Below are positions 50,090 through 59,876 of a stretch of DNA of 64,000 nucleotides, in pieces; positions within the stretch are counted from its first letter, which is position 1, and each line of letters opens with the position of its first letter. This DNA comes from Chlorobiaceae bacterium (GTDB taxonomy: Bacteria > Bacteroidota > Chlorobiia > Chlorobiales > Chlorobiaceae): positions 10,144 through 74,143 of the forward strand of contig JAAXXY010000006.1 in assembly GCA_013334225.1 (NCBI GenBank), in the 5' to 3' direction. The position numbers and the translations under genes are program-made. Under the pieces are notes generated by a model, which did not search any database, was not told the origin of the DNA, and saw only the letters and a list, made by a program, of their open reading frames with translations.

Positions 50090-51073
50090 TTAATGGATAA
50101 CTATTCTTTTTTCGTACATCTTCCAGGTTGACGTGATCAAAGTATCGACATCGCTGTATTTCGGCTCCCACCCGAGAAGCTCCCTGGCCTTTTCCGAACT
50201 AGCGACAAGTTCGGCCGGATCGCCAGCTCTCCTTCCGGTCAGTTCAGCGGGAATGGTCCTTCCGGTCAGAACACGGGCCCGGTCGACCATCTCGAATACG
50301 CTCACACCGGTTTGGCTGCCGAGGTTGACGGAAAAACTCCTGTTGTTTTCGAGAATATGTTCGAAAGCCTTTACATGCGCTTCGGCGAGATCGCTAACAT
50401 GGACATAATCGCGAATACAGCTTCCATCCCTTGTCGGATAGTCATTGCCGAATATCGAAAGCTTCGTCCTGATTCCGGCGGCGGTTTCCATGACAATCGG
50501 CAGAAGGTTTTCAGGATTGAGCTCGAGACCCTTTATCCGGCCCTTCACATCGTAGCCTGCCGCGTTGAAGTAGCGTATGGCGGCATACCGCAATCCTTTC
50601 AGTTTGTCATACCATTCGAGAATCCGTTCGATTTCGAGTTTGGTGAAACCGTAAAAGTTTTCAGGTTCCTTAGGATGCTTCTCATCAATGGGCAGATAAC
50701 GGGGTGATCCATATACCGCGGCTGAAGAGGAAAAAATAACCGCTGATATGCCTGCGGCAACCGCCTGGTTCAGGATATGGATGGTTCCCGTAATATTTGC
50801 TTCGGCATATTCTTCCGGCTTTACCATCGACTGTCCTGCAGCTTTCAGAGCAGCGAGGTGCACACATCCGTCAAATCCACTGGCCATGGCGGTTCGAAGC
50901 TGGTCAGAACGCATGATATCGCCGTGAATGAAACGGGCGTCCTCGAAAAGGTTCTCACGAACGCCGCTCTGCAGGTTGTCAAATACCGTCACGTCATAAC
51001 CCCGGTCGAGGAAAGCCCTTGCCACATGGCTGCCGATATAGCCCGCTCCACCGATAACCAGTATTCTCTTCAT
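50090..51073 (-). CDS. galE: UDP-glucose 4-epimerase
   Basis: GGAGYIGSH, FSSSAAVYG, Y...K, RYFNAAG, DGSCIRDY.HV. Confidence 0.93.
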   Translation of the reverse strand: MKRILVIGGAGYIGSHVARAFLDRGYDVTVFDNLQSGVRENLFEDARFIHGDIMRSDQLRTAMASGFDGCVHLAALKAAGQSMVKPEEYAEANITGTIHILNQAVAAGISAVIFSSSAAVYGSPRYLPIDEKHPKEPENFYGFTKLEIERILEWYDKLKGLRYAAIRYFNAAGYDVKGRIKGLELNPENLLPIVMETAAGIRTKLSIFGNDYPTRDGSCIRDYVHVSDLAEAHVKAFEHILENNRSFSVNLGSQTGVSVFEMVDRARVLTGRTIPAELTGRRAGDPAELVASSEKARELLGWEPKYSDVDTLITSTWKMYEKRIVIH

Positions 51074-51108
51074 AAACAGATTGTTGGTTTTTTTTCGTTT
51101 GTGATTTC

Positions 51109-52158
51109 CTACCTGCTCCCGTACATCTCCTCGTAATAGTGCATATAGCTTCCCGAAGTGACGTTGTCAAGCCACTCCTGGTTCCCGAGGTACCAGTCCA
51201 CAGTTTCCTCGAGCCCCTCTTCGAAGGTTATGGATGGAACCCAGCCAAGCTCCCGCTGCAGTTTCGACGAATCGATCGCGTAGCGGAGATCATGGCCCGC
51301 ACGGTCGGTCACGTAGGTTATGAGCTTCGCCGACTCTCCCGCTTCCCTCCCGAGCTTCCTGTCCATGATGCAGCAAAGCAGCCTGATCAGATCGATGTTG
51401 GTCCATTCGTTATGGCCGCCTATGTTGTAGGTTTCACCGGTTTTCCCGCGATGGAAGATCACGTCGATTGCCTGTGCATGGTCCACAACCCACAGCCAGT
51501 CACGGATGTTTTCACCTTTTCCGTAAACCGGCAGCGGTTTGCCCAGGCGGATATTATTGATGAAAAGAGGTATAAGCTTTTCCGGAAACTGGTATGCCCC
51601 GTAATTGTTCGAGCAGTTGCTGATGACCGTCGGAAGTCCGTAGGTATCGTGATAAGCCCGAACGAAATGATCGGATGCGGCTTTTGATGCTGAATAGGGA
51701 CTGTGCGGATCATACGGGGTCTCTTCGGTGAACAGACCATCTTTTCCGAGTGAACCGTAAACCTCGTCGGTTGAAATATGATAAAACCTTTTTCCGTCGT
51801 ATTTCCCTTTCCAGGAGCTTCTTGCCGCATTGAGCAGGTTGACCGTTCCAAGCACGTTGGTTTTCACGAACGCCGTCGGATCGGCTATGGAACGGTCCAC
51901 ATGCGATTCTGCCGCAAGATGGATCACGCCGTCAAAACAATATTCACTGAAAAGGTTTATCAGGAATTCCGCATCGGTGATATCACCTTTAACGAACCGG
52001 TAATCCGGCATGCTTTCGAGGTCCCTGAGATTGTTCAGGTTGCCCGCATAGGTGAGGCTGTCGAGATTGATCACCCTGTAGCCGGGGTAGGTTGCAAGAA
52101 AATGCCTGATGACATGCGATCCGATAAACCCGGCGCCGCCGGTAATAAGTATATGCAT
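51109..52158 (-). CDS. rfbB: dTDP-glucose 4,6-dehydratase
   Basis: TGGAGFIGS, HLAAESHVDRSI, STDEVYG, SPYSASKA, NNYG.YQFPEK. Confidence 0.97.
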   Translation of the reverse strand: MHILITGGAGFIGSHVIRHFLATYPGYRVINLDSLTYAGNLNNLRDLESMPDYRFVKGDITDAEFLINLFSEYCFDGVIHLAAESHVDRSIADPTAFVKTNVLGTVNLLNAARSSWKGKYDGKRFYHISTDEVYGSLGKDGLFTEETPYDPHSPYSASKAASDHFVRAYHDTYGLPTVISNCSNNYGAYQFPEKLIPLFINNIRLGKPLPVYGKGENIRDWLWVVDHAQAIDVIFHRGKTGETYNIGGHNEWTNIDLIRLLCCIMDRKLGREAGESAKLITYVTDRAGHDLRYAIDSSKLQRELGWVPSITFEEGLEETVDWYLGNQEWLDNVTSGSYMHYYEEMYGSR

Positions 52159-52229
52159 GGAGTAAACGATAATTGATTTCTGTTAACCGCTTTTTACTTC
52201 CTTACTATGAATACTCTATTTCTCCCGGT

Positions 52230-53093
52230 TCATTTCAGCAGCTTTTCGATCTCACGTAAAAGCGATGCCCTCCAGTGAGGGATATGAATGCCCCAATCCC
52301 TTTTTATGGCTGATTTGTTCAGAACGCTGAAATGAGGCCGCCTCGCGGTCTGGGGATATTCCGAACTTTCGACAGGCCTTACCATGCAGCCGAGCCCGGC
52401 TATATCCATGATCGATACCGCGAAATCGTACCAGGAACAGACCCCTTCATTTGAATAATGATATGTATGACGGTACCGATGAGCAGAATCGGTCCGGTCG
52501 AGAAGAAAAAGGATAGCGCCAGCCATGTCCGATGCGCTTGTCGGGCTCCCGATCTGGTCAAAAACCACGTTCAGGCTCTCGCGTTCCGCGCCAAGACGAA
52601 GCATGGTCTTCAGGAAATTTGCTCCGTGGGAGGAGTAAAGCCAGGAGGTCCTGATGATGAAATACGAAGGGGAAATCTCCCTGATACGCTCTTCACCTTC
52701 CCATTTCGATATACCGTAAACCCCGATCGGTGATGCGTGGTCGCTTTCGCGGTACGGGGTGAAAGCTTCCCCGTTGAATACATAATCTGTGGATATATGC
52801 ACAAGCAGTGCATTGTATTTCGAAGCGCACGACGCAAGCACGGCCGCGCCTTCCCTGTTGACCAGGAATGCAGCTTCTGCATCCGACTCAGCCTTGTCGA
52901 CAGCTGTATATGCCGCGCAATTGATGATGGAGCCTATCTTTTTCTCCCGGCAGAAGGTATCGACCTGCTCCTTGTTTGTGATATCGAGATCGGGAAGATC
53001 AAGAAAAAGAAAATGACGATCAGGGTAAAGAGACGCCTGAGCCCGTATTTCAGACCCGAGCTGCCCATTGCTTCCGGTTACAAGAATATTCAT
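52230..53093 (-). CDS. rfbD: dTDP-4-dehydrorhamnose reductase
   Basis: TGSNGQLG, NCAAYTAVDKAE, STDYVF, YG.SK; start MNILV. Confidence 0.96.
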   Translation of the reverse strand: MNILVTGSNGQLGSEIRAQASLYPDRHFLFLDLPDLDITNKEQVDTFCREKKIGSIINCAAYTAVDKAESDAEAAFLVNREGAAVLASCASKYNALLVHISTDYVFNGEAFTPYRESDHASPIGVYGISKWEGEERIREISPSYFIIRTSWLYSSHGANFLKTMLRLGAERESLNVVFDQIGSPTSASDMAGAILFLLDRTDSAHRYRHTYHYSNEGVCSWYDFAVSIMDIAGLGCMVRPVESSEYPQTARRPHFSVLNKSAIKRDWGIHIPHWRASLLREIEKLLK

Positions 53094-53240
53094 GAACATT
53101 CGGTAAAATATGATAACAAGAAGCTTCCCGGATTCCGACAACTGAATGCCGACAGTGTCGTCCGGAAAACCGGTTTGCTGTCCGGGGGAAAAAGAAAACG
53201 GCTCATGAAAGCTTTATGGGGTCATTTACAGTTAGCCGAC

Positions 53241-53822
53241 TTAAGGGTACAGACGATGATGCTCGTAATCTTCATACCGGAAATAGACATCTTCGCCGAA
53301 CTTCGGCAGTGAAGCGTCCTTCTGCGACACCCTGATCTCTTCCAGAGGCAAACCCCAGCCGATAGCAAGTGAGGGATCGCCCCAGAACACTCCGGCATCA
53401 TGGGCAGGGGAATAATAATTGTCGCACTTGTATGTGAAAACAGCTTCAGGAGACAAGACCAGAAATCCATGAGCAAATCCTTTCGGGATCCAGAGCATGT
53501 TTTTCCGTTCAGCATCGAGCCGGCAGGTCACATGCTTTCCATAGGTCGGAGATCCGAAACGCAGGTCAACGGCAACATCAAGCACACTGCCGGAAACAAC
53601 TCTCACCAGCTTTGATTGCGTAAAGGGAGGCTTCTGAAAATGCAGGCCACGAAGCACACCGTATGACGATTTGGATTCATTGTCCTGGACAAAGGAGACT
53701 TTTCCTGCATGCCGTTCAAAAATATCCTGACGAAATGATTCGAAAAAATATCCCCGGTCGTCCCCGAAAACTTTCGGTTCAAAAACAAGAACATCGGCAA
53801 TAGCTGTAGGTATAACCTGCAT
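53241..53822 (-). CDS. rfbC: dTDP-4-dehydrorhamnose 3,5-epimerase
   Basis: FGD.RGYF.E, QDN.S.S..GVLRGLHFQ, GFAHGF. Confidence 0.97.
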   Translation of the reverse strand: MQVIPTAIADVLVFEPKVFGDDRGYFFESFRQDIFERHAGKVSFVQDNESKSSYGVLRGLHFQKPPFTQSKLVRVVSGSVLDVAVDLRFGSPTYGKHVTCRLDAERKNMLWIPKGFAHGFLVLSPEAVFTYKCDNYYSPAHDAGVFWGDPSLAIGWGLPLEEIRVSQKDASLPKFGEDVYFRYEDYEHHRLYP

Positions 53823-53854
53823 AACACTGGAATATCTTTATAATTGAACTCGTT

Positions 53855-54733
53855 TTATTTCTGGACAAGCAACCGCATCAGGTACTCGCCGTAATTGCTT
53901 TTCATAAGCGGTCTGGCAAGCTTGACAAGTTCCTCGTCGCCTATCCATCCCTGACGCCATGCTATTTCCTCCGGACAGGCAACCTTCAGGCCCTGGCGTT
54001 TTTCCACGGTCTGGATAAAATTGCCCGCTTCCTGGAAAGACTCGTGCGTACCGGTATCGAGCCATGCGAAACCCCGCCCCAGTATCGAGCATTTCAGCTG
54101 TCCCCTGCGGAGATATTCTTCGTTCACGGAGGTGATTTCAAGCTCTCCCCGCGCAGAAGGTTTGACCACTCCGGCAATCTCCACGACATCGTTCGTATAG
54201 AAATAAAGCCCGACAACGGCAAAATTCGATCTCGGGTTCTGCGGCTTTTCCTCTATAGTCAATACATTTCCACCCTCGTCGAATTCAGCAACCCCGTACC
54301 GTTCAGGATCACTGACATAATAGCCGAAGATATTGGCTTTGCGATCCTCCCGGACAGTCCTCGCCGCATCTTCGAGCATCTGGCTGAAGGCATAGCCGAA
54401 GAAAATATTGTCACCGAGAATCAGGGCCACATCATCAGCACCGATAAATTCCTCGCCAAGTATGAACGCCTGCGCAAGACCGTCGGGAGAAGGCTGAACC
54501 GTATAGGCAAGCGAAATTCCCCATTCACTGCCGTCACCGAGCAGCTTCATGAACATCGGCCGGTCTTCAGGGGTTGTGATAATGAGAATATCCCTGATCC
54601 CGGAAAGCATCAGCGTGGTCAGGGGGTAATAAATCATCGGTTTGTCATATATCGGAAGCAGTTGTTTCGATATACCCTTTGTAACGGGATAAAGCCTCGT
54701 CCCGGAACCGCCGGCAAGTATTATTCCTTTCAT
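53855..54733 (-). CDS. rfbA: Glucose-1-phosphate thymidylyltransferase
   Basis: [41 protein letters not shown]. Confidence 0.97.
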   Translation of the reverse strand: MKGIILAGGSGTRLYPVTKGISKQLLPIYDKPMIYYPLTTLMLSGIRDILIITTPEDRPMFMKLLGDGSEWGISLAYTVQPSPDGLAQAFILGEEFIGADDVALILGDNIFFGYAFSQMLEDAARTVREDRKANIFGYYVSDPERYGVAEFDEGGNVLTIEEKPQNPRSNFAVVGLYFYTNDVVEIAGVVKPSARGELEITSVNEEYLRRGQLKCSILGRGFAWLDTGTHESFQEAGNFIQTVEKRQGLKVACPEEIAWRQGWIGDEELVKLARPLMKSNYGEYLMRLLVQK

Positions 54734-55173
54734 AGACGATTACTTGTTGTAAACAACCTCTAAAGATTTACGGAACAAACCTGTTCAATCTAAAAAATAA
54801 TCCGCCCAAACTGCCAGAACAGTATGAAGTTACCTGAACAAAACAACAGAACAAAAAGAATTGAGGGGGATGGGAACTGTGTAATTTCAAAGTCATTCTA
54901 CAAAACCATAACACAAAATACAAATCCAGGATACCTCGGCACAGCATTTTCCTGTTATATCAAAAATAATATTTGAAAGAAACGCATTCACTGTTTCTTA
55001 ATACACTTAGGCTTCAGAAAAAATACTTTCGCCGATAATAAAAGCCGTCAAGTCCTGACACCTGTCACCATGCATGTGAAAATAATCGTCATGACTCCTG
55101 TTGCCGCCCTTACCTTCAGCGGCGCATGCAGTTCCATATCCCTGCAGGAAAATGTCCGATACACCATCCAAAA

Positions 55174-55524
55174 TCAATGATCCCAGACCCACTCTGCTAT
55201 TGTACGTATATCGTTAGCTGAAATCGGCAGTCTTGACATCAGGCCATACTTTCTGACTGCATCGGGAGCAAGGGCATTTTTAATATTCGGCAGCTTTATA
55301 AATACCGCAATGCGTTCGACGCCTTCCTTTTTTGACGAATATTTTCCGCGGTACATAGCCGCGATCGATCGAAGGGGAGGAGCAAGTTTCGGGGGCGGGT
55401 TCATCGTATGACATACACTGCAGTACTTGTTGTAAATAGCGTCACCTGTCATCGGTTTTGTCGCCGCAAACGACGATGAGCAGAAAAACAAGCCGATCCC
55501 GATCACAAGAAAAAATTGTTTCAT
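55174..55524 (-). CDS. Small periplasmic monoheme cytochrome c
   Basis: Signal peptide MKQFF...AA; CSVCH heme motif; APP; distal Met in YGLM. Confidence 0.85.
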   Translation of the reverse strand: MKQFFLVIGIGLFFCSSSFAATKPMTGDAIYNKYCSVCHTMNPPPKLAPPLRSIAAMYRGKYSSKKEGVERIAVFIKLPNIKNALAPDAVRKYGLMSRLPISANDIRTIAEWVWDH

Positions 55525-55672
55525 AAATGTCGATATCATTTGACGCTGAAGGTAATGTAAAATCTCTGATATTCATCTGCTGAAAAACCTTGAATGCAAG
55601 CATTTTTTTATTCAGATCGGAATCGGGGGCAATGGACAGGCTTTTCCTTGAAAGCCGTAACAAAAAGCTCGA

Positions 55673-56101
55673 TTACTGAAGCAGATCAACTATTTCTGAA
55701 CTTATCCTCATACACTTACGAGCCGCTTCAACAGCAATCAAAGCTTCATTTTCACTGAATAAATCCCATGGCAATCGGTAATCACTTTCGTCACCATATT
55801 TTGCAAGCATTTTTTCATGCGAGTCATGTTTCTCCAGCTCGGGAAGAAGCTCTTTCACCAGAGCGGCAACTTCCTCTGAAACCGTTCCTTCAGAGACAAG
55901 CTGTTTCAGATGTTTGCCGGGCTTATGGGTCAGGGAAGAAACACCGAAAAGCATCAGCACGGCAAGTCCGGTATTTTCAACAACAAGTATGGAAGCAGAG
56001 ACACAGGCGCGCCACTGTTTGAGTTCAAATTCCTGCTCAGCTTCGTCAAGAAAGCCACGGGCAAGTTGGAGCCGATAGGCAATATCTTTTTGTGATCCCA
56101 T
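55673..56101 (-). CDS. HEPN domain protein
   Basis: A..FL.EA, E....A.L...G.....H, A.Y.D pattern; GGAGG RBS. Confidence 0.7.
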   Translation of the reverse strand: MGSQKDIAYRLQLARGFLDEAEQEFELKQWRACVSASILVVENTGLAVLMLFGVSSLTHKPGKHLKQLVSEGTVSEEVAALVKELLPELEKHDSHEKMLAKYGDESDYRLPWDLFSENEALIAVEAARKCMRISSEIVDLLQ

Positions 56102-56146
56102 AGTATTCCCTCCTTTTCTTTTACTGCTTGTTGCAGTTATTGCTTG

Positions 56147-56656
56147 TCACCATCCGGAAACCACCCTGTCAAAAATATCATCGGTAATCTGGTTAAGTGA
56201 AAAACGGATAGCTTCCCTCTGTGCTGTAAAATTTCCCACCGGATAATCGGCAAAGCCGACAAACGTCTGCGAGAATACTTTTGATTTTTTTACCCTGTCT
56301 TCCATTGCCACCTGAACAACAATGGTTATACGGTTCGTTACCGCTCTTTCTGTCTTGCTCGACAGTTGGCTTGGAGAATCGGAAAAGGAAACGATCACCC
56401 CTTCGATCAACGCATCTGCACTGGCCATTGACGGGGTGATACGAAGCGGGCTCTGCGATTCAATCCTGTCCGCCAGACCTCTGGTCAATTCCCCTCTGTA
56501 TTGAGCGATACCGGCTCCGGAACGATCGTCGAAAACAGGGACTGCAACTGTTTTCAGATGAGAGGGGAGCGAAGATCCGTTAAAACTGTAACAACCCTGA
56601 AACAGGCAGAGAAAAAGAAATAGCAGGCCGGCAAGGGTTAGTTTTGTCTTCTGCAT
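56147..56656 (-). CDS. lptE: LPS assembly lipoprotein LptE-like
   Basis: Lipobox FQGC followed by YSF.G.S.P.HLKT..VP.F; ends in DIF.....W. Confidence 0.8.
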   Translation of the reverse strand: MQKTKLTLAGLLFLFLCLFQGCYSFNGSSLPSHLKTVAVPVFDDRSGAGIAQYRGELTRGLADRIESQSPLRITPSMASADALIEGVIVSFSDSPSQLSSKTERAVTNRITIVVQVAMEDRVKKSKVFSQTFVGFADYPVGNFTAQREAIRFSLNQITDDIFDRVVSGW

Positions 56657-56669
56657 GATAAACCGGGTA

Positions 56670-57494
56670 TTAATAAGTTCTTCGATCGATCCTGTTCATT
56701 ATTTTACGGAAGGGATAGCTGAGGAGCAACCATTTTTTTCTACTTCCATTCAAAGCGGAAAGATAAATCCCGGTTTTCGTATCGCTCCATTCCGAAGCCA
56801 TTTTAACGGCAAGGAGGGCTGCCACGGAGGGCGGCTGGGCGAAAATGTCGAGAATGGTATTGAAAGTCTCCATCTGGCGCTGAAGCTCGGGAGTTGGATG
56901 TTCGGAACTCAGCATCTCGGTTCTTACGAGCCCCGGATGCAGAAGCATGACGGATATCCCTGTGTTCCTGTACTCTTCTGCAACAGCGAAAGTGAACCGC
57001 GCTATCGCTGCTTTCGTTGCGCCATAGGCGCTCATCCATGGGGTATTCGATTTCCTGTCGGTTCCGGAACCGGCCATATTGATAACCTTTCCCCTGATAT
57101 TTTCTTTCATGAAATAAGAAATGGCAGCCCTTGTTCCGTAATAGGTGCCTTTCAGGTTCGTATCGATCACTTTTCCCCACTTGAGCGGATCGCTCTGGGT
57201 TATCGGCATGAATGGATCAGAGATACCTGCATTGTTGATGAAACAGTCAATCCGGCCGAACCGTGCCGAAACCGAAGCCACGAGTCTCTCCATGTCGGAA
57301 ATTGAGGAAACATCGCAAACGCAGCCATAAACGCTGCCTTCCGGAAATTCCGCGACAGCATTCTCCACATTAGCAGCGGACGAAGAGGTTATAACAACTT
57401 TCGCACCCTCGCTTACGAACCTTAGCGCTATAGCTTTACCGATTCCTTTTGTAGAACCGGTTATGATGGCAACCTTCTGGTCAAGTTGTCCCAT
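56670..57494 (-). CDS. Short-chain dehydrogenase/reductase
   Basis: TGSTKGIG, NNAG, YGATK, PG.V.T; probable start MGQLDQK. Confidence 0.92.
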   Translation of the reverse strand: MGQLDQKVAIITGSTKGIGKAIALRFVSEGAKVVITSSSAANVENAVAEFPEGSVYGCVCDVSSISDMERLVASVSARFGRIDCFINNAGISDPFMPITQSDPLKWGKVIDTNLKGTYYGTRAAISYFMKENIRGKVINMAGSGTDRKSNTPWMSAYGATKAAIARFTFAVAEEYRNTGISVMLLHPGLVRTEMLSSEHPTPELQRQMETFNTILDIFAQPPSVAALLAVKMASEWSDTKTGIYLSALNGSRKKWLLLSYPFRKIMNRIDRRTY

Positions 57495-57522
57495 GAACAG
57501 TGTGCTCCCTGGATATAGGATG

Positions 57523-58824
57523 CTACTTTTTTTCGCCGGCCACCTCAATCATAGCCTTGAGCTCTTCATGCTGATCGGCATAGGTTTCAAGGGATACACC
57601 TTTCTCGATGGCCTCCCAGGCCTGGCGAATGCTCGCCGCACCGGCTTTCGGACCCATCGGATGGCCGAAAATGCCCCTGCCCGGAACGAAACCGAAATCG
57701 ATGCTTCCCACTTTACGGTATACTGTCTCCAGAGTAAGTGCGGAATCACTCCCGCCCGGTACAGGCAGTGATCGTTTTATATGCCCGAAATCCTGAAGAC
57801 ATTCCTGAATATTCTCCCTGACCTCTTCTTCCGGGGTCATCATCCGGTTGCCGAATCCCGGCATGATAATGGAGTCGAGACCGGCAAGGCGCTGCAATTT
57901 GGTCATGACCTTTGAATGTACACCGAATTTTTCCATGCGGCTGAAAGCGGCGATAAAGGGAAAATGACCGATCAGAGGGACCTTTGTATGTTTTGCAAGC
58001 ATTCTCACGGCACTGAGCCCGACAGGAAGAGCATTGACAAGCAGGGCATTTGCACCGTTCCTGACGGCAATGTCGTGCTGTTCGATCAGACGGTCGACTT
58101 CATCGGTTATGTTGGCAAGGTAGACTTTCGGATCCCCGGTTTCCTTTTCGGCCAGTCGCCTTGCCTCACCAAGTACACGGGAACGTTCCTCGAGTGTCGA
58201 CCATTGCACATCGGCCAACATTTCATCGTCCTTTGCAATATCGAGACCCCCGAGCCAGCTCTGGCCGGCAATTTCGGCAAAATGCCGGGGACTGAGACCG
58301 ATATTGGGTTTCACTACACCGAAAAATATCGGGCGGTTGTACGCTTTCAGGAGGTCACGGATACCGTCTATGCCGAATTTCGGCCCGTCAAACGCATTCA
58401 GGTAAGATTCCGGAAATCCGATATCGAGCAGTTTCACCAAAGGAACTCCGGGAGTGAAAAATGCTCCTTCTCCGCAGACAGCGGATATCAGGTTTGGCAG
58501 TTTGGGTCCGAAATTGCGGTGAGGATGGGCAACAGTCACCCGGCAGGCATGAATGGGTCCGGTTTCGAAATGCCTTACCGGATAGCTGAGCTCCGGCAAT
58601 TCCCCTTCTACAGTGAGGCTGATTACTTTTGCGGCGTATTTCGGGCGGAAATCCTCATCATAATCGACACGCTTCCACTGAGCAGTTGATTGCTCGCTGC
58701 AAAAATGCGCCAATGCGGTTTCGATATCACCGACACACTCCAGGTAATAATCAAGCGTCAGGTAGTCAGCCATGTCAAGCTGCTCCCTTGTAGAAAAAAA
58801 ACCTTGTATATCCTCAGTGTTCAT
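57523..58824 (-). CDS. RuBisCO-like protein (form IV, green-sulfur 'Photo' type)
   Basis: CSEQST, VKPNIG (N in place of K177), [10 protein letters not shown] (I in place of F), [18 protein letters not shown]. Confidence 0.93.
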   Translation of the reverse strand: MNTEDIQGFFSTREQLDMADYLTLDYYLECVGDIETALAHFCSEQSTAQWKRVDYDEDFRPKYAAKVISLTVEGELPELSYPVRHFETGPIHACRVTVAHPHRNFGPKLPNLISAVCGEGAFFTPGVPLVKLLDIGFPESYLNAFDGPKFGIDGIRDLLKAYNRPIFFGVVKPNIGLSPRHFAEIAGQSWLGGLDIAKDDEMLADVQWSTLEERSRVLGEARRLAEKETGDPKVYLANITDEVDRLIEQHDIAVRNGANALLVNALPVGLSAVRMLAKHTKVPLIGHFPFIAAFSRMEKFGVHSKVMTKLQRLAGLDSIIMPGFGNRMMTPEEEVRENIQECLQDFGHIKRSLPVPGGSDSALTLETVYRKVGSIDFGFVPGRGIFGHPMGPKAGAASIRQAWEAIEKGVSLETYADQHEELKAMIEVAGEKK

Positions 58825-58939
58825 AGAAAAACGTCATGCCTCCCTTCATATCACCGACGGAGAATTTAGGGAGGCGTGTTATAAAAATTGCTCTGCGGCA
58901 GATACTGAACCCCTGCCGCAGAAAGGCACCTGATGCTGG

Positions 58940-59821
58940 TTATCCTTCCGCTTTAATGCTGTTGAAATATTCGAAAGCGTCGTTGGGTTGCATCTTTTCA
59001 TGGACAACCTTGTTGACGGCTTTCATCATGGCGAGAGGCGCCTCGCTCTGGAAAATATTGCGGCCCATGTCAACACCTGCTGCGCCTTCATCAATTGCAC
59101 GATAAGACATGGTAAGAGCCTCGAGCTCGGAGATCTTCCTGCCTCCAGCCATAACGATGGGGACCGGACAAGAGTTCACCACCGTTTCGAAATCCTCTGG
59201 AACATAGTAGGTCTTTACGATCTGTGCACCGAGTTCTGCCGATATCCTGCAGGCAAGCCTGAAATATTTCGCATCGCGTACCATATCCTTGCCGACAGCC
59301 GTGACTGCCATGGTCGGAATTCCATACCGGAGTCCCATATCCACAAGCCTTGTCATATTGCGGATTGAACGGGTCTCGAATTCGCCTCCGATAAAAACCT
59401 GAAGCGTTATGGCCGCCACATTCATACGGATGGCGTCTTCGATATCGACGGCAAGTTCTTCGTCGGACAGTTCCTTGAGAATGCTGGGACCGCCGCTGCA
59501 GCGCATGACCACAGCTTTGGTCAGGCTCGGAGGAACGGTGGTACGCAGGATGCCGCGGGTAAGCATGATGGCGTCTGCATAAGGCATGAGCGGAACGATA
59601 TTGACGTCAGGACGTTCAAGGCCGGTCGTAGGTCCCTGAAAATATCCATGATCGATAGCGAACATGACAGTCTTTCCAGTATCGGGACGGAAAATCCTTG
59701 AAAGACGGTTTTTCATCCCCCAATCAAGCGAATGAGCACCTTTAAGGAAAAATCCGTAGTTGTTTACCGGAATATCGGTATAGTACTCTTTTGCCTGCTT
59801 GTCTTTATCGTATTCCGCCAT
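58940..59821 (-). CDS. lsrF: LsrF-type 3-hydroxy-5-phosphonooxypentane-2,4-dione thiolase (class I aldolase fold)
   Basis: LKG...[32 protein letters not shown] (catalytic Lys), [10 protein letters not shown]. Confidence 0.88.
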   Translation of the reverse strand: MAEYDKDKQAKEYYTDIPVNNYGFFLKGAHSLDWGMKNRLSRIFRPDTGKTVMFAIDHGYFQGPTTGLERPDVNIVPLMPYADAIMLTRGILRTTVPPSLTKAVVMRCSGGPSILKELSDEELAVDIEDAIRMNVAAITLQVFIGGEFETRSIRNMTRLVDMGLRYGIPTMAVTAVGKDMVRDAKYFRLACRISAELGAQIVKTYYVPEDFETVVNSCPVPIVMAGGRKISELEALTMSYRAIDEGAAGVDMGRNIFQSEAPLAMMKAVNKVVHEKMQPNDAFEYFNSIKAEG

Positions 59822-59876
59822 GATGGTGGTCTCCTGTTTCAGTTTTTTTGATTGACTGTAAGAATTTTCTTCCCCG

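Noticed and set aside
55007-55192. Stop-codon readthrough or extra ORF after the cytochrome c TGA
   Set aside because: Downstream frames show no motif and no SECIS-like hairpin was evident.
57523-58824. True CO2-fixing RuBisCO
   Set aside because: Active-site substitutions (KPN, DIAKDDE, missing loop-6 Lys) and no rbcS or prk nearby; green sulfur bacteria use the reverse TCA cycle.
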